From positions 1,110,001 to 1,142,000 of the forward strand of contig NC_022359.1 of assembly GCF_000354175.2 (NCBI RefSeq): a stretch of DNA of 32,000 bases, in the 5' to 3' direction. Made by a program: the position numbers and the translations under genes. Of the stretch, positions 1 to 6,746 are shown piece after piece (positions within the stretch are counted from its first letter, which is position 1; each line of letters starts with the position of its first letter). The notes under the pieces were generated by a model, which was not told the origin of the DNA, ran no database searches, and saw only the letters and a program-made list of their open reading frames with translations. This stretch comes from Vibrio alginolyticus NBRC 15630 = ATCC 17749. Lineage in GTDB: Bacteria > Pseudomonadota > Gammaproteobacteria > Enterobacterales > Vibrionaceae.

Positions 1-407
1 GTGCTCCGGCTTTGATGTTTGCATGTTGGTTGTTGTTTAGGATGCATCGCACTTTAGATGTGTTTTGGCTCGACCAAGACAATGCGAAAAGTTTGGGTGT
101 TGATGTACCTAAAGTGACGAGAAATGTGTTTATTATCTCGGCGGTTTTGATTGCTATTTCTACGGCTTTGGTAGGGCCAATCATGTTCTTTGGTTTACTA
201 GTGACCAACTTAAGCCGAGAAATGTTCCGAAGTTACCAACATAAAACGCTATTGGTCGGATGTTCGTTTCTATCCATCAGTTCATTACTTGCTGGGCAAT
301 GGATAATCGAAAACGTGTTCAGTTTTGAGACGACGTTGAGTGTCGTAATTAACTTTATCGGCGGTGCGTATTTCTTATACCTGCTGCTGAAAAACAAAGT
401 TGTATAA
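1..407 (+). CDS. Iron-siderophore ABC transporter permease, C-terminal fragment (FecCD/BtuC family); the 5' end lies upstream of the window
   Basis: The frame is open from base 3 to the TAA at 405-407. The product is strongly hydrophobic and TM-rich (…ISAVLIAISTALVGPIMFFGLLV…INFIGGAYFLYLLLKNK), typical of the last helices of FecCD permeases. Only 2 nt separate it from the ATPase gene, so they are probably one operon. Confidence 0.8.
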   Translation, partial: APALMFACWLLFRMHRTLDVFWLDQDNAKSLGVDVPKVTRNVFIISAVLIAISTALVGPIMFFGLLVTNLSREMFRSYQHKTLLVGCSFLSISSLLAGQWIIENVFSFETTLSVVINFIGGAYFLYLLLKNKVV

Positions 408-409
408 AT

Positions 410-1165
410 ATGATAGTAATAGACAAATTAACGAAGGCTTTCGGTTCAAACAAAGTCGTAGACGAGGCCAATACTCAGTTTGAAAAGGGCAAGGTAACAT
501 CGATTATCGGTCCAAATGGCGCGGGAAAGAGCACGCTGTTATCTATGGCCTCGCGCTTAACGGAGCGAGATGGCGGTAGTGTTATCATTGATTGCAAGGA
601 AATCGCGGAATGGGACACAAAAGAGCTAGCGAAAAAACTGGCAGTACTTCGCCAAGCTAACTCGATTACAATGCGGTTTACCGTAAAAGAGTTAGTCTCT
701 TTTGGTCGTTTCCCATACTCTAAAGGAAATCTGACTAAAGAAGATCATGAGGTCATAGAACAAGCGATCGACTACTTAGATTTGCAAGATATTCAAGACA
801 AATACTTGGATGAATTAAGTGGTGGTCAGCGACAGCTTGCATTTATTGCTATGGTGATTGCACAAGATACAGATTATGTCTTTCTTGATGAACCTCTTAA
901 TAACTTAGATATCAAACACTCTCTTCAGATCATGAAAGTTGTACAGCAGTTAGCCCATGACATGAATAAAGCCATGGTGGTCGTGATTCATGATATTAAT
1001 TTCGCGGCGTGTTACTCAGATGTCATATTGGCGCTTAAGAAAGGCAAGGTTGTGGCGAGTGGTGCGGTTGAAGAGGTTATTCAAGCGTCTACGCTAGAGG
1101 ACATCTATGAAACGCCATTTAACATCATAGAGTTAAACGGTAAGCGCATGTGTACCTATCATTAA
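410..1165 (+). CDS. Iron-siderophore ABC transporter ATP-binding protein (YclP/VctC/FhuC-like)
   Basis: 251 aa with Walker A GPNGAGKST, ABC signature LSGGQRQ, Walker B YVFLDEP and H-loop VIHDIN. By-eye alignment to remembered B. subtilis YclP is strong (…ITSFIGPNGAGKSTLLS…VSFGRFPYS…DIQDKYLD.LSGGQ…AFIAMVIAQDTDY.FLDEPLNNLD.KHS…). Confidence 0.9.
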   Translation: MIVIDKLTKAFGSNKVVDEANTQFEKGKVTSIIGPNGAGKSTLLSMASRLTERDGGSVIIDCKEIAEWDTKELAKKLAVLRQANSITMRFTVKELVSFGRFPYSKGNLTKEDHEVIEQAIDYLDLQDIQDKYLDELSGGQRQLAFIAMVIAQDTDYVFLDEPLNNLDIKHSLQIMKVVQQLAHDMNKAMVVVIHDINFAACYSDVILALKKGKVVASGAVEEVIQASTLEDIYETPFNIIELNGKRMCTYH

Positions 1166-1207
1166 GCGAGCTAGTTCGTTTTTAACGAGATCAATAGATA
1201 GGCGGGC

Positions 1208-1594
1208 TTACTTGGTGAGCTCGTCTATGATCGGGCATCGGCTCTCTGCATCTCCAGGACAAGAAGAAACCCAACCTTCAAGTTGTGTTTTGATCTCCAT
1301 GAGGTGTGCAATTTTTTCTTCAACCTCTCTCAGTTTGTCCATGGTTCTTGCTTTTACTTCGCTACTTTTGCGGTTGGGGTTATGAGCAAGTTGTACGAAC
1401 TCTTTGCATTCTTGCAATGAAAAGCCTGCGCTTTTTGCGCGTGATACCAAGTTAAGCTCTTGAATATGATTATCTGAATATTCGCGATAGTCAGAGTCGC
1501 TACGCGCTGGTGGAGATATGATCCCTTTGTCTTCATATAATCGAATCGACTTAGATGAAAGCCCTGTGAGCTTCGCGACAGCACCAATATTCAT
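1208..1594 (-). CDS. cueR: MerR-family Cu(I)-responsive transcriptional regulator (CueR-type)
   Basis: 128 aa. The N-terminal HTH MNIGAVAKLTGLSSKSIRLYEDKGI matches E. coli CueR [25 protein letters not shown]. The C-terminal metal loop SCPGDAESRCPIIDEL matches CueR ACPGDDSADCPIIENL, with the same C-x7-C spacing. GGAGG lies 6 nt upstream of the ATG at 1594. Confidence 0.85.
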   Translation of the reverse strand: MNIGAVAKLTGLSSKSIRLYEDKGIISPPARSDSDYREYSDNHIQELNLVSRAKSAGFSLQECKEFVQLAHNPNRKSSEVKARTMDKLREVEEKIAHLMEIKTQLEGWVSSCPGDAESRCPIIDELTK

Positions 1595-1681
1595 GTTTAA
1601 CCTCCATAACGTTTAAGGCGAGTATATACCGATGTTGTGGATAAGACACTCCTAAATAACAGTCAGTTACCTAGAGTCCCC

Positions 1682-2650
1682 TTACTCTTTAATCACTTCA
1701 TGTGGTGGCACACCAAATGCCTTTTTGAAGGCATAAGTGAAGTTAGAAGGGTGGTGGTATCCGGCTTCATAGGCGGCTTCTGTTATCGTCACTAGGCCAC
1801 GTTCCAAATGTTGCCTAGCAATCTCAAGACGTCGAAAACGAATGTAGCCGTTTATGGTCATATTAAGTGATTGTTTAAATCGGCGCTGCAGGTTTGAAAC
1901 ACTCATTGAGAATTGGCTCGCCAACTTTTCCAAGCGTAGTTCTTGATCAAGGTGAGTTTCAATATAGCTGACAATATCCTCAATCCGACCATCAATGTGT
2001 CGTTCAATACTGCTGTTTTTAGCACTGAAATTCTTAGGAATTTGCTTGGTGGCTTGATGTAAAATTTGATAGATCAAGCTTTCGACCTCTAGCTTCTCTT
2101 GGAACTCTTGCGGTGTTTCTCTATTTGTTAACGTGTCAGCCAGCTCGCATAGCGTCTGGTTAAGCTCCAACTGTTGAAACGCCTGATGAGAGTTAAAAAA
2201 GGCTCGATGGCTACAATTTTGCTCAAGGCGGGCCTCTAGCCATTGGGGCTTAACCAATATGTTGATCTTATTAATGAGGTTATCTTTGAGCAGTGAACGA
2301 CGAAAATTTGCAGGTTTGAGTAAGTTCACCACTACACCCTTAGGGCCGTCGCTCGCGTCTAAATCAAATTGCAAATCGTCGTAGCCAAACGAGAGTCTAC
2401 CTTCTAAAAGAATAGTGACCAGCAGTGAGGCGTGTGCAGTAGAAACAATATTCGAATCAATAAGTTCTAGACAACGCCCGCCATGAACAAAAATTTGATC
2501 ATTGTACTGATATGATAGGAACTTACCTTCGGCCAGTTGAGTTTGATAAGGTTGGCCTTGCGTGACAATCCATTGTTTCTCTGTCGCCTCTAGTCTTTGG
2601 GTTAAAGCTATCTTGGCAATTTTAGTTCGTTTTGTTGTGACTTCCTGCAT
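1682..2650 (-). CDS. AraC-family transcriptional regulator, divergent from the TonB-dependent receptor (siderophore-cluster regulator, VCA0231/PchR/DesR-like arrangement)
   Basis: The C-terminal AraC double HTH is present (…LEKLASQFSMSVSNLQRRFKQ…ITEAAYEAGYHHPSNFTYAFKKAFGVPP). The ORF is open up to 2746, but the ATG at 2650 has the best RBS (GAGGAAG, 6-nt spacer) and leaves room for a divergent promoter. Alternative starts are at 2686 and 2665. Confidence 0.8.
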   Translation of the reverse strand: MQEVTTKRTKIAKIALTQRLEATEKQWIVTQGQPYQTQLAEGKFLSYQYNDQIFVHGGRCLELIDSNIVSTAHASLLVTILLEGRLSFGYDDLQFDLDASDGPKGVVVNLLKPANFRRSLLKDNLINKINILVKPQWLEARLEQNCSHRAFFNSHQAFQQLELNQTLCELADTLTNRETPQEFQEKLEVESLIYQILHQATKQIPKNFSAKNSSIERHIDGRIEDIVSYIETHLDQELRLEKLASQFSMSVSNLQRRFKQSLNMTINGYIRFRRLEIARQHLERGLVTITEAAYEAGYHHPSNFTYAFKKAFGVPPHEVIKE

Positions 2651-2731
2651 TTGACACTTCCTCATAACACTTGTGCGATTTCGCATAACCAAATCGCCTT
2701 TGTATTTATAAAACTCATGCTTATTATACCT

Positions 2732-2750
2732 GAGAATTATTATCATTAAT
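2732..2750. promoter_or_regulatory. Fur-box-like operator in the AraC/receptor divergent intergenic region
   Basis: GAGAATTATTATCATTAAT matches the 19-bp Fur consensus GATAATGATAATCATTATC at 14/19 positions. It overlaps the predicted start region of a candidate sigma70 promoter for the receptor (TTGTAT 2700-2705, 16-nt spacer, TATTAT 2722-2727). It also lies about 80-100 nt upstream of the AraC start. Confidence 0.55.
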
Positions 2751-2766
2751 ATTTAGGAATTAAGTT

Positions 2767-4773
2767 ATGGAAAGCCCTGCTTGTTCACCTATCAAGCTTT
2801 CAAGCCTTTGCCTTGCAGTGGGAATGGCGCTATCAACCCCTGTTTTAGCTCAAGATACTGAGTCACATTTTGAAGAGGTCGTTGTATGGGGAACGAAAGT
2901 TTCCAGCAACACTGAGTCGATGTTTGCGGACGACATGTCACTGAAGCAAGCGGATCACATGTCTGATTTACTGCGCGATATTCCCGGTGTGGATGTTGGT
3001 GGCACACACTCTGTGAATCAACGTATTACGATTCGTGGTTTGAGCGAAACCGATTTGGACATTCGTCTTGACGGTGCTTCTCAGCATGCGAGCATGTTCC
3101 ATCATATTGGTAACTTGACGTTGAACCCTGACATTCTCAAATCTGCGGACATTAAGGTAGGTAATAACTCTGTGACTCAAAACGGGTTAGGCGGTTCGGT
3201 CTACTTTGAAACGAAAGACGCTCGTGACTTACTTCGTTACGATGAAAAGTTTGGTGCGCGTGTTTATGGCGGCTATGCATCCAACGACAACCAACAAGGT
3301 TCGTTGACACTGTACGGACTTTTGTCCGAAAACATTGATGCGATGGTCTATGGCCATTACGTTACGCGTGATGATTTTGAAGATAGTGATGGCAATAAAA
3401 CCTATGGTGCTGCAGGTGATGTTTACAACATTCTGGCTAAGCTGGGGTATGAACTAAATGACATCCATCGTTTTGAGCTCTCTTATGACATGTACCGAGA
3501 CAGTGGAGATTACAGTCCGCGTCCTGATATGTCTGGTAGTGCAAATAATAGCCTGTCGAGCAAGTTACTTATCCCTACGGATTATGACCGCGATACCGTT
3601 ACTTTGAGTTACGAGTTGCGAGGCGAACAACACCAAGGAAACGTCACTCTTTATAATACCGAGACAGAAATTAAACGTGACGAAACGGTGATGGCCCCTC
3701 GTTGGCCCTCGAACCGTTTATCAAAGAACACCGCCAAAAACCAAAACTTTGGTTTGAATGGCAAATTCCAGTCAGATGTTATGTTAGGTGAGTTTGATAA
3801 TCGAGTCACTTATGGCTTCGACTACATGGATAAAACGTCTTCGAGTTACTACGGTAGTCGTAAGTTTATGGACGAATCGGCGATTTCAACCGCACTGTTT
3901 GTAGAAGATCAGTTCTTCTTCTCTGATGCCTTCTTTATTACCGCAGGTATGCGCTTTGATGATTACAAACGCAAAGCTGAGACAGGAACCAGTAATTATG
4001 ATGATGTGACTTGGGCTCTAGCAGCAGAGTGGGCGGTGACTCAAGATTGGACGTTGTTTGCGAGTGCACGTTCTCTATTTAAAGGTCCAGAGCTAATGGA
4101 AACCTTTATTGCTTACCAAGACGTTGCATTTTTAGAGGATGGGTTAAAGCCAGAAACGGGATTGAACACGCAGGGTGGTGTTCGTTTTGATAAAACCTTT
4201 GATAAGCATTTCTTTGGGGCGAATATTACGGTATTCCAAACGGAAATTGATGATTACATTGCAGATCAGTACCAAAACGCGACTCAAACTTACCTGATTT
4301 ACAACTTAGGTGATGTTGAGATTAAAGGCTTTGAGGCAAGTGCTTCTTATGGTTACGACAAGTTTAACAGCAAACTTTCTTACTCTAAGTCGGACACCAA
4401 AAACAAGAATACTGGTGGTCCTGTTGCTGGGGGCAATGGGCGTAGCATTGATATGGGTGATAGCATTGCTTTAACTTTGGATTACCAGTCAGACGCTTTA
4501 GAAACGATCTTCGGGTGGAACTCAATGTTTGTTCTAGAGGAAGACAACGTCTTTGATGGTCAGCCAAAGAAAGCAAGTTATGATGTGCATAATCTATACG
4601 CTCAATGGGTGCCGTCTGATATTGATGGACTGTCGGTGACCTTTGGTATTGATAATGTATTTGACGAGTTGTACAGCTCTCATGCGTCTCGTTCGGGTAC
4701 TGCACGTGGCTTCACGCTTGATGACTACGAGCCGGGTCGCAACTTCAAGCTCTCTGCAGCTTATCAATTCTAA
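2767..4773 (+). CDS. TonB-dependent outer-membrane siderophore receptor
   Basis: 668 aa. The signal peptide ends …STPVLA/QD and a TonB-box-like EEVVVWG follows. Plug-domain motifs are present (IRGLSETDLDIRLDG), followed by a long beta-barrel with the terminal aromatic …KLSAAYQF. AGGA lies 8 nt upstream of the ATG. Context includes an iron ABC transporter, an AraC regulator and a Fur box. Confidence 0.9.
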   Translation: MESPACSPIKLSSLCLAVGMALSTPVLAQDTESHFEEVVVWGTKVSSNTESMFADDMSLKQADHMSDLLRDIPGVDVGGTHSVNQRITIRGLSETDLDIRLDGASQHASMFHHIGNLTLNPDILKSADIKVGNNSVTQNGLGGSVYFETKDARDLLRYDEKFGARVYGGYASNDNQQGSLTLYGLLSENIDAMVYGHYVTRDDFEDSDGNKTYGAAGDVYNILAKLGYELNDIHRFELSYDMYRDSGDYSPRPDMSGSANNSLSSKLLIPTDYDRDTVTLSYELRGEQHQGNVTLYNTETEIKRDETVMAPRWPSNRLSKNTAKNQNFGLNGKFQSDVMLGEFDNRVTYGFDYMDKTSSSYYGSRKFMDESAISTALFVEDQFFFSDAFFITAGMRFDDYKRKAETGTSNYDDVTWALAAEWAVTQDWTLFASARSLFKGPELMETFIAYQDVAFLEDGLKPETGLNTQGGVRFDKTFDKHFFGANITVFQTEIDDYIADQYQNATQTYLIYNLGDVEIKGFEASASYGYDKFNSKLSYSKSDTKNKNTGGPVAGGNGRSIDMGDSIALTLDYQSDALETIFGWNSMFVLEEDNVFDGQPKKASYDVHNLYAQWVPSDIDGLSVTFGIDNVFDELYSSHASRSGTARGFTLDDYEPGRNFKLSAAYQF

Positions 4774-4814
4774 CAAGGTTCTTCATAGGACGTTTCAAAG
4801 TAACGAGTAAGTTC

Positions 4815-5096
4815 ATGATTAAAGAAAGCACCCGAATAGATAGCGAACACGCTGACAAATACTTAGTGACGCTTTGTCGGCATTTTGGACGAAAAGTTCC
4901 TGCTACTTGGAATGAAAATAGCGGTTTGGTGACATTTCCGACGGGAAAAGCGGAGTTTAACCTTTGTGCATCTAGCTTAACTATAACCTGTGAGGCGGAT
5001 TCAGAAGAGAAACTGAATACGGTTAAGGCGATCATTTCATCGCATGTGGACATGTTTTCTCGTCGAGAAACATTAGCACTTAGCTGGGTTCGTTAG
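4815..5096 (+). CDS. DUF2218-family small protein (commonly linked to siderophore receptor loci)
   Basis: 93 aa, MIKESTRIDSEHADKYLVTLCRHFGRKVP…SSHVDMFSRRE. I recognise this pattern from memory as the DUF2218 family. It is co-oriented 41 nt after the receptor and followed by a strong terminator. Confidence 0.7.
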   Translation: MIKESTRIDSEHADKYLVTLCRHFGRKVPATWNENSGLVTFPTGKAEFNLCASSLTITCEADSEEKLNTVKAIISSHVDMFSRRETLALSWVR

Positions 5097-5140
5097 CGCT
5101 CGTTTAAGGATGCTGTGATAGAAAGGGAATGTTAAAAGCA

Positions 5141-5176
5141 AAAGCCCGCAATCTTATGATTTGCGGGCTTTTATTG
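5141..5176. terminator. Bidirectional rho-independent terminator between convergent genes
   Basis: The stem AAAGCCCGCAA (5141-5151) pairs with TTGCGGGCTTT (5161-5171). It has an A-run on the left and a T-rich tail on the right, so it is usable on both strands. Confidence 0.75.
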
Positions 5177-5184
5177 TTTGAATG

Positions 5185-5436
5185 CTATTGCGCTTTCTCA
5201 GGCTCTAGGCTTTTTTTTTCCTGCTGCATTTTTGCTAGGAAGTAGATGTTAACGCAAGCTATAAAACCGTTAGTTAGTACTACAGGCCAAGAATCAATCA
5301 TTAGTCCGTAAGCAGTAAATAGCGCACAACCAATAAAGTTAAGGATACGAAGCTTAACAATATCTTTCATAGTTAGCGAAATAGCGACCATGATTGAAGC
5401 TGCATAACCTAAAATCTCAACCATATTCATGTCCAT
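5185..5436 (-). CDS. Small three-helix inner-membrane protein (YgjV-like / SemiSWEET-like fold); function unknown
   Basis: 83 aa with three hydrophobic segments and a charged C-tail (QQEKKSLEPEKAQ). AGAGGG lies 8 nt upstream of the ATG at 5436. The family assignment rests on pattern memory only. Confidence 0.6.
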   Translation of the reverse strand: MDMNMVEILGYAASIMVAISLTMKDIVKLRILNFIGCALFTAYGLMIDSWPVVLTNGFIACVNIYFLAKMQQEKKSLEPEKAQ

Positions 5437-5724
5437 TTTTTGACCCTCTTAAAATCTGCCGAATTTTGTCGGTACCAATTCTTCTCATCTTGAGATTAAT
5501 GAGGAAGCTCCATGCCTCGAATGGTCTTTTTTGTTGTATGGACGCACTATATCAATGGAAAAACCGTGATAAAAGCCTCAAATCAAGGTTAAGAGAAGGT
5601 TAGCGATTACGCAAACGTTTAGGACTGGAATTACTGATAATTTTACTTATTGTGTTGATTGATAATAACGATGACATTAATAGCTCAAACACCATTGAAA
5701 GTAAGGGAATATTTACATATGATT

Positions 5725-5743
5725 GAAAATGATAATTATTTTC
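5725..5743. promoter_or_regulatory. Strong Fur-box-like sequence in the gene-less leader upstream of the giant adhesin
   Basis: GAAAATGATAATTATTTTC matches the Fur consensus GATAATGATAATCATTATC at 16/19 positions. It lies 554 nt upstream of the adhesin ATG and 289 nt upstream of the divergent small membrane protein gene. The target gene is unknown. Confidence 0.4.
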
Positions 5744-6296
5744 AAGTGCTGTGTTTATGTATTTTATTATTAGCTTGCTCGTGTTTTTTTTGCTGTATAT
5801 CAGAACAAAACCGAACTCGTGGTGTGCGGGGATTCATATCGTAAGCCACATTTTTATCGTTGCATTTTGTCCTGCAATTTATGTTGTTCAATATTTAATC
5901 GTTACGTTTTTTTCGTCACCGATATTGATTAAGCTGTCATCACGCTCCGGTGTATACAACATTCTCATTGCTTTTCTTCCATTATTGATCGCAACCGGCA
6001 GTCTGGCGTTTAGCTGAATGATTTCATCTCTCTTCTTTTCTTAAAACAACTACACTTAATCAGAATAAGGTATCAATTTCATATAATTATTCGATATCTA
6101 CGCGTCAGCACATGTGTCACATTTCTGTGACTACGAGTAAGTTTTACTTATGTTGCTTGGTAGTAGGGTATTTATCGATTGTTTAATGATTCAATACTTA
6201 GTTTAATCGTATAAAGGTGTGCAGTATGCCGCACTAAATTAATAAGAAATTATCTAAAAAGGTTAATGGGAAACGTAAGCCATTAGCGGAGGTCAG

Positions 6297-6746
6297 ATGA
6301 GTACGCACACGGTACCGCAGAGCGCGATTGTAAATGCTGTCAAAGGTGAAGTTTTGGTTTTGGGCCTGGATGGAAACGTTAAGGTCATAAAAGCGGGGGA
6401 TGAGTTAAGACCTGGCGAGATTATTATCACAGAAAATAATGCTTCTCTCGACGTACAGATAAATAATGAGCTTTATCTGGTCGATGCAAATTGTGTTGCT
6501 TGTCTTCCTGTGCCTTCTTCTGAACCGTTAGAACCAGTATTGGTACAATCTCCAGTTAATGGCTTAGTGACTTTTGACCCAACGGCTATTGGAAGTGCTG
6601 ACTTCGACGCCAACGATATTGCCGCTATCCAGCAAGCTATTTTAGACGGAGCTGACCCTACCGCTATCTTAGAAGCAACAGCTGCTGGCGCAGGTGCTGA
6701 AGGCTCGGCTAATGCTGGCTACGTGACGGTTGAATATAATAACCCG
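6297..6746 (+). other. N-terminal retention module of the adhesin (LapA-type periplasmic anchor)
   Basis: MSTHTVPQSAIVNAVKGEVLVLGLDGNVKVIKAGDELRPGEIIITENNASLDV resembles the LapA N-terminus (…VVAIVKSIVGQVIAVSPEGIRRVLIEGDRLLAGEEVLT…). DIAAIQQAILDGADPTAILEATAAG resembles LapA ELQQAIAAGADPTTELEATAAG. Confidence 0.75.

Noticed and set aside
2651-2746. N-terminal 32-aa extension of the AraC ORF as given in the track (start at 2746).
   Set aside because: It would leave only 20 bp for a divergent promoter and would swallow the Fur-like box. It has no RBS at 2746, whereas the ATG at 2650 has GAGGAAG. The true start remains uncertain among 2650, 2665 and 2686.
1354-5053. Short overlapping ORFs: 1354-1587 (-), 2792-3007 (-), 2968-3180 (-), 4385-4705 (-), 4594-4776 (-) and 4745-5053 (-).
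   Set aside because: They are alternative-frame or antisense readings of cueR, the TonB-dependent receptor and the DUF2218 gene. Their composition is not protein-like and they lack RBSs.
5604-5625. ACGCAAAC string, reminiscent of the ACGCAAAGC core of c-di-GMP-I (GEMM) riboswitches, which would suit an adhesin leader.
   Set aside because: The other conserved GEMM elements (GGCAAACC, the paired P1/P2 helices and the tetraloop/receptor) are not present around it.
5966-5981. CATTGCTTTTCTTCCA, resembling the RyhB core …CATTGCTTCCAG…, located downstream of the Fur-like box.
   Set aside because: The core is interrupted by 4 nt. The preceding GCACGACATTGCTCA segment is absent, and no convincing terminator hairpin with a U-tail follows.
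5394-6017. ORFs 5394-5603 (+), 5659-5844 (+) and 5751-6017 (+) in the adhesin leader. The last is an 88-aa, very hydrophobic peptide starting just after the Fur-like box.
   Set aside because: None has a Shine-Dalgarno sequence. They overlap one another or the 5185-5436 gene. The Phe/Ile/Leu-rich composition is what AT-rich non-coding DNA yields by chance. The 5751-6017 ORF is kept only as a low-probability target in the Fur-box finding.
6116-6131. Possible CRP site, because of the TGTGA and TCACA pentamers.
   Set aside because: The half-sites are in the wrong relative orientation (TCACA-N4-TGTGA rather than TGTGA-N6-TCACA). The dyad is reported only as an unassigned operator candidate.
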